Shown here piece after piece: positions 10,028-23,300 of a stretch of DNA of 64,000 nt (positions within the stretch are counted from its first letter, which is position 1; each line of letters opens with the position of its first letter). Below the pieces are notes generated by a model that made no database searches, was not told the DNA's origin, and saw nothing but the letters and a program-made list of their open reading frames with translations. The position numbers were made by a program, and so were the translations under genes. The DNA is from Azolla caroliniana. Lineage: Eukaryota; Plantae; Polypodiophyta. The stretch is from NCBI GenBank assembly GCA_043228905.1, contig JBHGNT010000014.1, positions 19,902,001 to 19,966,000 on the forward strand. Direction: 5' to 3'.

Positions 10028-13000
10028 TCAGGCCAGGGCACTTCTGATCCGAACCACCGTGTTGGAGATGAGCTTGTTCACAGTAGCCACCGATCCCAGA
10101 GACAATCTCGCCGTGGGTACATGGTCTACCAGAATTTGAAATGCTACGGTGAGCAACGAGCCTCCGGCATTAGCTGTTCCTGCACGGGGCGGACCGTCTG
10201 GGAGGATGGCAAAACCAGAGGGCAAGAGGGCAACAGAATCAGGATCCCCCCCATTCAAGACTGTACTCATGGCCGCAATGTCGACGGGGGCATAGACCAC
10301 AAGAGAGCACGCCTCATCTGTACAGCACTCCTGAAGAATGAGCATGTTGCTTTGATTTGCCGAAATAGGCTGCATTGACATATATTGTTAGTCATCGATC
10401 AAGAAAGCTGGTTGATTTAAGCCATATAACAGTGGAATGAATTGCAGGCAGCTTACATTTACTCTCAAGAGAGAGACGGAGTTGCCGGGGTCTTGGCCTT
10501 TGGCTAAGTGGAACATTTCTTCGACCACACCAGTATTGGAGAGGATATCCCACTAAATTTGCCACAAGAGAATAAAGAGAGATTAGTTCCAGGGAGTCTT
10601 TACAGTATGCCAATAAATAAACAGATTGTAAAATAGACCAGTTTGTAGGTTATTATTTTGAGAGATTGAGCTCCGGACGGTATACCTCGGTTCGGAAGCG
10701 TTCATCTCGAAGGAAGTTAAAGACCTGGGCAGGGGGTACTGGCAACCAGAGGGAAGTGGCGGCACTCAGCACAATGCCCGGTGGCCTCCCGGGATCATCC
10801 ACACTCTTGCGGATGAGCACTCGCACATCGTCTGCACCCCCACCATTGTTGCTACCTGCCAAGGTCACCCATGTATGGGAGGTTGATGCACTCACTCCAC
10901 TGCAGAAATTGTTGGTCATTCTCTCGGCCAGCTTCAGCATGCTTCTGCGACCTTCCGGATTCGGAATTACTGCAGATTCAAGCTTTCAGTACAGAAACTT
11001 GATGGTAACAACAGTATAAATCCAACATACAAGCATTATAAATTCAATACACAACCATTCTCTCTCACCACTCATATCTCTTGGAGGGACATTAGCAAGC
11101 ACACTAGCAATCCTTTCACACTGCCTTTGTAATGAACATAGCCAACGCACTGCACCGAATGCCATGCCAGAATTGACGAGCAATTTATACAATCCATGAA
11201 CAGCTGAAGTAGGCGCCTCAGTATGTTCCACCCAAGACACCTGGTAATCACACAAGAATGCATTTTTTCTCACATTGGGCAAAGTATAACTTCTCTTTCC
11301 TATTAGCCTTGGAGAATCTACAACCTAAACTTGAGAGGGGTTGATTTAAACATACCTTGGAATATCCACTCGGCATTTCCTCAATAATGCATCCAGAAGG
11401 GCGCCTTCTACACCGAAGTGGGGTCGGAGAATTTGGATTTGCTCTAAGACTATCAACAGATACATCCACAATCACCCACAAATGATCCACACGCTTGCAG
11501 TAGCGCAAGAAGTAGAATTCTCGAGTGGGCACAAGGGGCGAAGAAACTTGAAATTCAGCATACATCTGCAAATGTATGGAAGCTGGACCATATCAGTCAA
11601 GCAGGGATAATAATGCAACAGTTCAGACGGTGTCTAACCGAAAGATCCTTTAGCGCGTAAACATTTAACCGAAAGATCATTTAGCGTATAAACATCTCTG
11701 CACACAAGATGTATTGCATAATTGGCATACCAGTTGGATAGCTCCATCATAGGATCCAGCAACTCCAGTCGAAAGCATTTCCAGAGCTTCAGCCCTTGAA
11801 ATGATAGAAGGAAACATTTCTGCCCAGCGATTCTGCACCATAAATAATAAACAGTTAAATACATATTATCCAAAGGGCATCACATCCATGAAGATCATTT
11901 GTGACATCTATGTATGAAGCTCACCACATCCATAAAACTCTCGATCAATGACTTAGAGTTCATGATAACCAACCCTGTGTGCCTTGAAGTGTCAGGTTTA
12001 AGGCCAACAGGAGTGGGACCAATGCCTCTCTGAAATCTCTGCAGATACACATCATGGTCAATGCTCTCAGAAGAAGGATTGTTAGGGTCATACGCCCAGA
12101 GAGGCTCTCCTGCCTGAGAAACCTGTAACAATTCTTCCATGGAGGCGACTGCCAGCTCCACAACAAGAGGTTTCTCGACTTCAGTTAGAGGGAATGATCT
12201 AGCAGTGGCAGCGAGATCTGTAACTCCGATGATACTATTGGATGCAGATTCGAAAAGCTGATTATGATCAGCTGCTTGTGGTGGAGGCAATGCAGTGGAC
12301 CCTTGGAGAACGTCTAATCCACTGGCATGAGATCTTGAGGGAGACATTTCATTCATTCCACCTTGCCGCCCGATGTACTTGGCTGCCATAGCTGTGATCC
12401 GGTCAATCTGCAACAGTTTAGAAGAGGGATGAGCTAAAATTAACAATCAGCCAAAGAATTTGGTTTTCTCGCAGAATGCAGTGGAACAGATGAAGATGAA
12501 TAACTCCATTACCTCCTCTCGTAGCCTCACGTTCTCGATCCTCAGCTGCTGTTCATCAAACGACATCTCTGTCAGGTTTGCAGGTCCACCACAATTAGGG
12601 CAAGCGAGATTCCTCACCGCATCACGAAGTGCAAAGTTTTCAGCCTTGAGCTTCTCGTTATCTGACCTAAGGACACCATTGTCATGACGTTCATGGTGAA
12701 CCTGCAGAAACAGTCAGACAAAGAGAAGAAGCATTAGCCATGGGTAAGATTAGACAACAAAAGCTGTACAGATGGCGGCAGGCAACGTACCTTCATCTTG
12801 GTCCGCTTGTTCTGGAACCAAAACTTGATCTGCCTGGTCGAAAGCTTCAGCTCCCTGCCAAGTTCCTGTCTCTGCTTCTCGTCTGGGTGGGGGCATTCCT
12901 TGAAGAACCTGCAAAAAAAACATATTGCGGCACACAAGGTCCATGAATTCTGTTGCATTGCCATATCTGCATTTTCACTATTTGGAAAGTAGATCAGACA

Positions 13001-13681
13001 TACCTCTCCATTTCGTTGATCTGATGGAGTGTGTGGCGATGGTAGCGCTTCTTCTTCGGACGGCCACTGGCATCATCTTCATCCTCATCGCCTGCACCAG
13101 CGCCATCGCCATCCTGCAGAAGCTCATCACCCGAGCCGCCCCCCTCCGGGTTGTCGCTGCTGAATTTATCATCCGATTCCTCTTCCTTCAGTTGCTGCAG
13201 GTTCTGATTCTGCTCCCTTCGCGTCATCAGCGCCATCATCTCGTTATTCTCCACCGTCTGACCGGAGGAGGAGCCGCCATCGCCAAGAAAATAGAACCCT
13301 CCTCCTTCACCTCCACTCGACGGCAGGTCGTACTGAAAAGCGTCTACGTCTCCAAGCTACACAAAAACAGACAGGCAGGCCAGGTAAATTAGGTAGGAAA
13401 TCAAGTATTTCTTACTGATGGAAGCCAAAGAAAAACAGAGATTCTTGAAGAATCCATGGCTGAAGCGTCCATGGAATGGGTGTGTAAGCAATGGAAGAGT
13501 TACTTACCGGAGCAAGAGACAGATTTGATGATGGATGGTTGTTGTAGAGGTGATGCTGTTTGGGCAAGCTCGTCATGAGCCTGGGAGGCATGGAAGAGAG
13601 CATGCTTCCATAGCCGCCAAATCCTCCCCCCATAGATCCAAAGTTGCTGGTTAGGGTTACTGTTTCCCCTCCAGGCGACAT
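10028..13681 (-). CDS. Class IV HD-ZIP transcription factor (homeodomain, zipper-loop-zipper, START, SAD; ATML1/PDF2/ANL2/ROC family)
   Basis: 11 exons, all GT-AG: 13681-13508, 13356-13004, 12908-12791, 12701-12513, 12407-11925, 11832-11731, 11565-11356, 11240-11069, 10969-10686, 10552-10457, 10369-10028. Motifs: [36 protein letters not shown]; CPNCGGP; [11 protein letters not shown]; [15 protein letters not shown]; CRRRPSGC; SMLKLAERM; [12 protein letters not shown]; [11 protein letters not shown]. The start could alternatively be ATG 13633. Confidence 0.95.
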
Positions 13682-14234
13682 CTCATCTAAACCTGATGAT
13701 TTCTTTCTATCTTTACTTTCTTTTTCTCTTATATTTCTTATCTTGATTTTTAAGGTTGGGTCAGAAGAAGAAAAGGAAAGGAAAAGAAAAGTGCAGAGCT
13801 TCTTGCACCCCACAGAGATCACGGAGGCAGAAAACAAAAAATCTGCTTTTCCGATGCGTTTTTTTTTTTCTTCTGTGGGATGAAGAAGCAGAGCAGGAAA
13901 GCTTGAGTCTGTATATTAAAACAGAAGGAATTATCTACCTTCTCAAGGGATCACAGGAGAGAGAGAGAGAGAGAGAGAGAACAGAAGATGGAGGATTGGC
14001 ATTAGCATGAGTGTTGATAATGTGCATATATCATGGGAGCAGAAATCTGTGTGTCTGAGAAATCTTTTTCTATATATCTCTTATCTCTCTCCTCCCCCCC
14101 CACCCCACACCCTTCATCAGACAGAGTTCTAATTAGACCAAATTAGAAGAGAGGAAGGAAGAGGAAGGGGGATGGAATGGAGTGCAATGGAATGGAATGG
14201 AGGATTGGCATTTGCTGTGTCTTCTTCTTCTTCT

Positions 14235-14267
<33 letters not shown>

Positions 14268-14412
14268 GCCTCACAGTGTGGCTGAGAGAGTAGCTAGCTT
14301 GCAGGTCTGAGTGAGAGAGTTAATGAAAAGCTAAGAGGAGGAAAGGGGGGAAGATATGGAAGGTGGACAGCTATGGCGGAAAAGGAAGAAGAGAGAGGAG
14401 AGAGGGCTCATA

Positions 14413-14418
<6 letters not shown>

Positions 14419-14472
<54 letters not shown>

Positions 14473-14589
14473 GGGAAGAGACAGGAAGGAGGGATGGGAA
14501 CGTCTGACACAGGGGAAGAGAGAGAGAGAGAGAGAGAGATGTGGGGTCTAGAGAGAGAGAGTCTGATAGCGACTAAATGAATGAGAATG

Positions 14590-14620
<31 letters not shown>

Positions 14621-14622
14621 GG
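14419..14622. repeat. (CT)n/(GA)n microsatellite cluster upstream of HD-ZIP IV
   Basis: CT run at 14419-14467. GA runs at ~14518-14538, ~14550-14560 and ~14589-14620. Further runs at 13957-13980 and 14706-14729. Confidence 0.9.
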
Positions 14623-14859
14623 AGAGGGGGGGTGGCCTTCATCTGGGCCGTTGGATGCTGCATGGGATCGGGCGGTGCACATTCACTCTCTATCAGTTTT
14701 TCTGCCTCTCTCTCTCTCTCTCTCTCTCTGCTTCTGTGTGTAGGTAGGGTAGTATTATAGTATGGCTGCTAAAAACTGGCACTAACTCTGGCGGTTTATT
14801 GCTGAAAAGGCAGGATCCAAAGCCCCGCCCCCCTATACTTCTTCTTCTTCGCCTTCTTC

Positions 14860-14899
14860 TTTAGGGTTAGGGTTAGAGTTAGGGTTAGGGTTAGGGTTT
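14860..14899. repeat. Interstitial telomere-like (TTAGGG)6 including a telobox
   Basis: TTTAGGG TTAGGG TTAGAG TTAGGG TTAGGG TTAGGG TTT. The minus strand gives AAACCCTAA. Confidence 0.85.
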
Positions 14900-15042
14900 G
14901 GTTGGAACGTAGGAAGGAGGCTGAGTGCCGGCGGCCATATATTCTGAAGAAGAGAAGATGACGGTGGTTCGGCGGGCCCCGCCCGCCAAATCCGCTCCTC
15001 GATTTTCATCATCTATACTCACCCTTTCAACAACAATAATGA

Positions 15043-15571
15043 TTTTCTTCTTTCTTCTCTTTCCTTTTTTCTTTTTTTTTTATTTTTTTCTTTTTTTGAG
15101 CTTTTTTGTTCCTTTTCTTCTTCTTCTTCTTCTTCTTCTTCTTCTTCTTCTTCTTCTTCTTCCTTCCTTTTTTCTTTTTTCTTTTTTTCTCTTTCTTCTT
15201 TTTTCTTTTCTTTCTTGCTTCGTTTTTCCCTCTTTCTTTATTTTCTTCTTTCTTCTTATTTCTTTTATTTTTTGAGCTTTTAAGTTTTCCTTATTTTCTA
15301 TTTTTTCCTTCTTTCTTTTCTTCCTTTTCCACTTTTTCCTCTTTCTTCTTTTTCTTTTTTCTCTTCCTTTTTTTCTTTTTTCTCTTCCTTTTTTTCTTTT
15401 TTCTTTTTTCTTTTTTCTTTTTTCTTTTTTCTTTTTTCTTTTTTCTTTTTTCTTTTTTCTTTTTTCTTTTTTCTTTTTTCTTTTTTCTTTTTTCTTTTTT
15501 CTTTTTCCCTTTTTCCCTTTTTTCTTTTTTCTTTTTTCTTTTTCCCTTTTTTTGCCCTTTTCTTCTTCCTT
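15043..15571. repeat. ~530-bp polypyrimidine/polypurine tract with (CTT)n and (T6C)n
   Basis: Almost only T and C on the + strand. (CTT)n at ~15117-15162 and (TTTTTTC)n at ~15390-15500. Confidence 0.95.
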
Positions 15572-16239
15572 GTCAGCTCGTAATAACGCCTTTTTCCCGA
15601 TAAGTAAAGAAATATATAATTATAATAATAATATAACTACACACGTGTACGCTACTGTGTTTGTACGTAAGTCATATATGTACATACACAATTACACAAT
15701 ATTATACGTAATGCTATGTATGTCTGCATGCTATATGTTATGCACGTATGTATGCATGTGTGCTATGTATGTATTATGTATGCATGCATCCATGTGTACT
15801 ATGTATGTATGTGTGTTTGTGTGTACGTTGCGTCCCATGCCTGCCTACATTCATTAGCCACCAACTCTTGCCTTTTTGAGGATCTCTCTTGAAGTGGACG
15901 TGTAAGTGAGATCGGGTGTGTGTGTGTGTGTGTGTGTGTGTAGCCCCACCCCCCCCCAACCTTTCCCTTTCTCCAAAAGAAAGGGTCGTCCCTCGCACTG
16001 CATTCATTTCACACTCGCTCCGGACCGGACACATCTTCTCTTCGTTTCATGCCTCTCTCGATCCTTTTGCAAGTGGCACGCCCCTATTCGTTTTGATTTC
16101 GATTTAATGTGTAAGATGAAAAAACTCAAAATAAAACAAATAAAATGGGAGGTGATGATTCCATACAATCTTGATATGCCACTCTATCATAGTGGATTAT
16201 GTACCCGCCTTGTTGCGATCGTCGAACGCTAGATATTTG

Positions 16240-19200
16240 CAAGGGTGAGTGGTTTATCTAAAGGGCGCCACACACCCCAAATATGAGCCAAGGTGTCCGA
16301 AGCTACACTCTGATCTCTATATTGTATTGTTCCCATTTAATTGTATATCTCTAGGAAGGGACACAATTGCACACATACAAGTATATATGTATGTCTCTCC
16401 CCCTCTTCTTTTTACATCTCTCCATATCTCTTTCACTCTTGTTTACATCTCCCTCTCCCTCTCGTTGCTTTTGCCCCACCATCTCATGTTAATGCATCCT
16501 TTAACTCATCCAAGACCAAGTTGTTTGTGTTTGGTTCCACTTAATGTAGTGTGAAATCAAATCCAGTTCGTTATCAAATTTTCAAATGTCTCATCTCAAT
16601 GTTGCTAGTTAACAAAGCTTTCATGTTCTCCTTGTCTTGTTGAGACTCTGGATTGATCTCTCCCTCTTTGACATTGGCCTTGGAAGGAGACTATAACATC
16701 TTATTGCACATCAAAAGACCGCAACCACTCTTTGAGATCCAACATTTATGCAACTAGGTGATTGTCCATTTGCCAATTTCAAGATCTTTCACCTCAACGA
16801 GTGCTCGCTCTTGGATCTATTGCATATTGTTTTCCAAATGAACCACGCATCTTAAAAATAGTTCCTCATAAAACATCATGGCGTGAGTTGTTATTGAAAT
16901 AGGAAAAATGTAGGTGCCACTTTATAAAGGTGTTTGCAATAAACACGTTCTGATGGTAGCACGCAAACACTAAAGTGTGGGTCTCATGAAAGAGGCACCA
17001 ATCATCCTAAGGAGACGTCCACAAATTGGGCCTTCACTAACAATGAGTTTGTTCATCCTCTTGGAATTGCTTAAGTGATCTCTTATATCCAATTCAGCAC
17101 TTGAGCATTTCTTTTAAATGTCTCTTGTTTGTAAACGCTTCCCAAGCGTACATGTTTGGATTTTTTTCTTATTTGCAATTGTATATTGGTGTCTCCCACA
17201 CCACCACTGAGTCTGCCTATTACACTCTCTTAGAATGCTTTGCCTTTGACAATATTCGAGTTTACTTCCCGTGTATCATTAATCTACTCCAATCCCTACA
17301 CAAAATTCTCGCACATTCACTACGTGTACTCTTGATCACCAAAACTACAATTATTGAACATTGGGAGTCGCTTCTTAAATCCATCCATAACATGTGAGCA
17401 TGCTTTTGTTTCAATCTCATATATGATAATTGACTATCAAGGACAATAATAATATATATTTCTCAAATGGTAGATGTGAGCATGCACCATATTGTACCAA
17501 TAAGAGAATAATTAATGCAATCTACTTGTAAATGCGTCATGTAAAAAAATACATTGTGTATACATCTTATCAAAGAAAGAGCAATTGGGGTGTGAATAAA
17601 ACAATACAAACAAATGTATAGAGTTTGGCCTTGCTAAGTTACCGTTATTACCCTTGGATCCCATGGTTGGAGACCTTACGATGATGAATCGATCATCATG
17701 ACACTCATAGTAGTTACAATAACACGTCACATATTGCGCTATGATGGGGGGTTGGTGGCTTTGCTCTATAACCACCATAAGGGTTGCTACCTTAATAACA
17801 TTCAATTTCATCACCGCCACATCTTGAGTTAACCACCTAAGCCACTTTTATCGAGTTATTATTCCAATCTAGAATCTCGTATCAAATTCCTCCTAACATT
17901 GATGTTTTGTTCGAGCACTTGTGTTATAAACATAACATTAGGTACCAATTCTAAAACTAATTTCAATTGTTAGGGTGGGATAAACCCATGAGGACCTATA
18001 CATGGTGGCATCAAAACCTATGGAATTGGGTCATATAAAGGGGACTAACTATCCCCTTCATCAATATGTACATCTCTAGCTAGATGTAGTTGAGACTCAA
18101 TTGATGAGGCAACCATGTGTTCTTTCATGTTCATTCATCTCAAATTTAGGGTGTATAATATAAGGTAATATTCGGTGGTGTGGAAAATCAATGATATTTT
18201 ACATTTGCCCCTTGCCCTTTGCCCTTCTCTTGAAGGTGGTTGGTGTGGTTAAGCATCCTGCAGCCATATTGTTTCTCATCATTTATATTAATTGCTTATC
18301 ATTAGCATTTTGATTCGTAATAGACTACTGTAACAGTGATTGGAACTTCTAAGTTCCATTAATGTTTGGATGATGTCTTGATGCCAACATCACATAAGTT
18401 TGTTGATGTCATTGAAGTAGCATATCCAATAAGTGATCATGTTATGTTATCAGAGTTATTAGCATTGATGAATTAGTGTCCACAACACTTAAGTGCTAAC
18501 ATTGTTAACATGGTAGTACCACTACATACCTTACCTATTGATGATAAAAAGTGGGTGTTTAAACCATAGTTGAGAGAATGATGTTTTGTTTATATCACGT
18601 GGTGGATGTCTAAGTCACAAATTGATGTTTTTTAGTAAATTAGAGAAGACCATTACGTTCTACATTAAAATTATGTGCGTGCACCATCATAATATTTGAC
18701 GTGAGGATTTCTCATGGGTTATCCCATTATAGATCACGCATGGCCCAATATCTTCATTTTGTGACATGGTTCTCTTTTTTCCTTTTATCAAGAAGAAGAT
18801 TGCAAAGAATATAAATGATGTCATCCAGGCAAATCATAACACATGATATGTAGGTCCATCGTAGTTGTCCTCTCAAGACAATCAAATATGGTGGTGTGAT
18901 GGTTTCACGATACATTTTGCATTCATCATCTCGAAAGAATAGCATGTAGGAGGTGATTGTCGACAAAATAAGTTAATTTTGCATGTTTTTGGGAATTTTA
19001 TGGCCTAATATATAAAATATATGACAATGGTATTTCACCGGTAGAGATGAAAAAATGTCCTCAAATTTTCTGCCAATTCGAGCCTTACTTTCGCCTTCAA
19101 CTACCAAATAATTTGTCAATTCATGTATCTTCGAGCTCTTTCTCTCATCTTTGTCCTATGTGAGTAAATAGATGTACCAATAGGATCGTCTCTTTGCCGT
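16240..19200 (-). mobile_element. Degenerate Ty1/Copia relic
   Basis: CTCCCTCTTTGACATT at ~16659-16674 (PPT/pol end in reverse). Weak, decayed gag/protease-like segments on the minus strand at ~17900-18250. No long ORF; boundaries approximate. Confidence 0.45.
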
Positions 19201-21399
19201 CTCAAACTCTTACTAGATAAATAAATAAAATGGATAAAGCTTGTATGAAATGCAAACTTTTGAATAAAGAACTAATCAACATACAATTTCTTTCAAGAAA
19301 GCAACCATGTCAATTACACGCAACTTAAGGATGGAAAAAGATATTTGAAATACTACTCAATACGAGGGATATATGTTGGGTGTGTCCAATGCAAGTATGC
19401 AAGCTACACAATATCATACGAGTGTTACATTCAATTCTCTCACTCAACAGAGATAGGTCACTCTTGTATAGCCCACATATGTGTGTAAATGAATGTATAT
19501 ATGAGCATGCACATGCATGTATATGATTTAATTAATAGGCACAATAATTTGAAATGTCTGTTTGCTCTAGTAATGGCAAGTGATCCAAACCACCATCCTT
19601 TTCTTCTAGATTTATGTGCTTTTCTCAGCCAAATGTAGCAAAAAACTAATTTGATAGGGTTATCCCCTAACAATAGCATATTACTACTAAAATCATTTAT
19701 AATGTACATACTACCTTCCCATTCCTAAGTTTGGCAAAATCCTCATGTGTACATGTGCGCTTTGTTTTCGTTCCTTATTATTTCGGGGGTGAGAGTAGTT
19801 ATTACATCTAACTTTGGCATATCAACATCAGTGGGCCATGATAAATGTGTAAGGGTACATCGGCTTGAGCCACACATGAGCACGTTGTTTCTAGGTGAAT
19901 TGATTAATTTCCCAATCATAAATCAGAACGTAGATCCATAGTGTCCACAAAAGAGGTTGTTAACACACATCTACACATTGGATACATATGGAGTTCGTTG
20001 GTTGGAGAAATAGATTTAAATGCTCAACCAGGGGAATGCCCGTATAATTCATGTTAAAACTTCTCATGATGCACGTGTCTTAAAAAAATTCACAATAAAT
20101 AAAGTCTCCACAAGGATACAAACTGAAGCATAAATCTCAATTTTTTATAGAAAAACTATAAAAATATGCTTCACATCCTTGTATTTCAAAAATATGTTGG
20201 AGATGAAGTTGGTTAAGTAACAACAGGGAATGGTAAGCCTTGTTTTTACTAAACTATTCACCCATGTTCAAATGTCACTAATTGTGTTATTTCACTAACG
20301 ATACTATGGGATGGGATTTAAACTAATGGGTTCCGCTTTAGAGGGTTAATGTTGTCATAGCATTACATGCCTATGTTGTACAAAGGTTGTGATTAGTTTG
20401 ATCATAGTCTCACAACGACATCTTGACAAACATGTCAATGTTTTCTCTGATATGGAAGTATGCTTTAGGTTGAAAATTAAAATGAAGGTTGCTCCCTCAA
20501 TATGCCATTCCCTGTCATTCTGTCACTCCATTATTGCCGTCACGCCTCCTTTCTATCCACGGGCTTGTGCTTGTTGTTACTGTTGCAATTGTTATCGCGC
20601 GATCTTCATTTATAGTTCTTCAATCTTCATTTATAGTTCTTCAATTTTCTTTTATGGTTCTTTCAAGTTTGGGTCATCATCACTAGTGATCATCACCCTG
20701 TTTGGGTCATTTTTGAGATGCCATGTGGGATTTGTTGCCTCCTATTGTGTTGTATTGATGTTCATGAGCTACTCGATCATTGTCGTTGGCATGCTGGTGA
20801 TTTTAATTTGGCACAGTGAGCTACATGGTCGTTTTACATGTCTAATAATTGTCATGTTGTTTTCAAGTCCTTTTGTAGTGTGAGCTAACAATTGTTTCCA
20901 TAATGTATGCTCATCTATTTCTACCCCTCATAATACATTTGTATTAAAGACAATAAGTTATTTGCTTGTCTTGACCTACATTTTTTGACATGTAAGTTGT
21001 TGGAGCCTCACTTATGTAAAGAACTAATAGGGGTATTATAAAGGATATTAAGTGTACATAAAGAAGATGAGTGATTAAATTATGGGTGATAAATAGATGG
21101 GTTTTATTATCATCTTCCAAGGGGGGTTGAATATGACCTATGAGACCAAAATTTAATCACTTTTGCATAGTTGTCGTAAAATTGTGTAATCATTTTAATC
21201 ATTGTCATATTTAGAGATAAAATATGACACCTTCATAAAGCTTGCAATCGAGAGTGTATCTTGTGATTGTGAAATGAATGTGTGAACCGAATCAACAATG
21301 ATGTGGAAAACTAACTCGAATGCGGTAAAATGCAACACATTTTCTCATAGTGTGATATTACAACTCTTGCATTTGTTTTGGGAAAATATATATGCATAG

Positions 21400-21900
21400 T
21401 TTTCTCACTTGTGCCCAAGAACATGCATGGCATTGACGAGAAAGTGAGTTAAGTTGCATTAAAGGAATGGTATGAACAATGGACAAAGGGGTGGCCTCTA
21501 ACATGTATTGATTTGCATCGTTTCTCCATTTGGACAACATTATGGTTTTGTAGGTTGGTGCAACACTTGTAATTCAATGTGAAAAATGTGTCTCCACACC
21601 TTTCCCAAATTGTGATACATTTGCATTGCAAAAAAAACCTCATTCACGAAGGCACCTACTAATGCATCATGAAGCAAATGTGAGGCGTCCCATTTTCCAA
21701 ACCATTTCTTCATATCTTTCATCCATTTGACACTCAAAGCTTTACTTTAGATTTCTTTAATTGAACAATTTTACTTCCTTCCCATGCAATTGTAGAGAGA
21801 GATATTAATGTATACTAAATGCCAAATTTGGGTTATGAGACAAATCATGATTACAATATATGAGTGAATTCATATTGCCCATAATGAGACAAAAAATATA
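21400..21900 (-). mobile_element. LINE (RTEX-like) 3' fragment
   Basis: ORF 21540-21737 has WMKDMKKWFGKW, similar to WVVNIKKWFKRW of the LINE in LPA1 intron 1. Confidence 0.5.
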
Positions 21901-22329
21901 ACCTCCATGTCTCCGAAACCTAAATGATCATGATCTTTATGCATGAAGTAAAATATTATTCGATATGATTTGCAACCATGAAGTGCAGGTTGGTTGTTGT
22001 AGTGGAATTAGGTTGTGAAGTTCCACAAGTTCCTTGCATTTGGGTGTCCTTGCATTGATTGGTCATGGAAAGTAATGATCTCCATGATCTAAAGATGTTT
22101 TGGCATATGTGCCTTATATCCTAGCACTTACAATCTATGTTGTTGGCATTCGTTTCCCCTCCACCGGAGCTTTGAGGTTCTTCAGTGATATGTCAATGAG
22201 AAATCAACAAGTGGATTATTTTGAAGAATTTGATATTTTATCGGTGTGGTCATCTTCTTTATCGAGAGGAGAGATGGTTCTCTTCGTTTGTGCTTGGATT
22301 ATTGAGGATTAAATAAGGTTCCCATTCAA

Positions 22330-23300
22330 AATAAACATGCTAGAATCATTTGTTTCAAGACTTTTGGAGCATCTAAGCGGAGTCAACTACTTTATAAAGC
22401 TAGACCTTTGACCTACATACCTTGTTCTAATTCAAGTTGGGGGTGAATGGAAGATCATATTTCACAAATGGTATAGACATTTCATATAAGCAATTATACC
22501 TTTTTTATATATGAATGCACCGATAATAAAAAAAAAGGTGACAAATGATATTCTCTAGAAATTTTTTGACACCTTCACCATTGTTTGCTTGGATGACATG
22601 TTAGTCTACTCAAAAGATCTAAGAGGGACACAATGTCCACATTCCACAAGTTCTAATACAATTATGGCTCTATGCCAAACTAGAGACACTCAATTCCAAT
22701 CATGATTAAGTCGAACTATAGGATACACAGTCTCGCATGAGGGTATATTTGTGAATCCAATGAACATTCAAACAATTTCTAGACTTGTAGTTATCACGTT
22801 TTATGTGTGATGTACAAATTCTTTTGGTATTTGAACTTGTATAATAAAGATATTTTAAAATTTAAAGGGAGCTTTTACATTTACTCTCATTTTTCGTCCA
22901 TGGTAATCCAATTGAACTCTCATCCTCAAAGTTGATACGTTTGATTTTGCATGGGAGTGTGTTGTGGAAAGGAGATTATGGGTAGTTGCATCCAACCACG
23001 TTTCATTTGTGAAAGTTTGAAGTTGCAAAAATAAATTAGGAGATTTATTATGAGATTTTGGAGCAATGAAACCACCTCTTTGATGCTTCTTCTAACACGT
23101 TCATTGTTTACAACGATCACAAGAACCTCATATATTTGGTCTTTTGAAGCATTTTTCTACTATTCTTTCGGGATGACCATTGTTTAGTATAGTCATGGCA
23201 CAACAATGTCTTGACATTTTGGAGGCTATCTAGATCAATACTGGTCAAAGCATTGTAAGTTCGTTGAAGACTATGTTCACACTTGTAATGCATGCTAACA
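22330..23300 (+). mobile_element. Degenerate Ty3/Gypsy RT/RNaseH fragment
   Basis: Decayed KLDL..Y..IQVGGEWK..F..(W)YRHF..IPF..NAP and FTIVCLDDMLVYSK (RT YxDD-like) at ~22390-22615. Confidence 0.7.

Noticed and set aside
10454-10461. Exact L1 box TAAATGTA on the minus strand
   Set aside because: It straddles the exon 10 donor (GTA AAT|gta) and is explained by coding and splice constraints.
12925-13392. 155-aa + strand ORF
   Set aside because: Antisense shadow of GC-rich HD-ZIP IV exon 2.
14925-15603. Phe/Leu-rich ORFs resembling membrane proteins
   Set aside because: Translations of the polypyrimidine tract.
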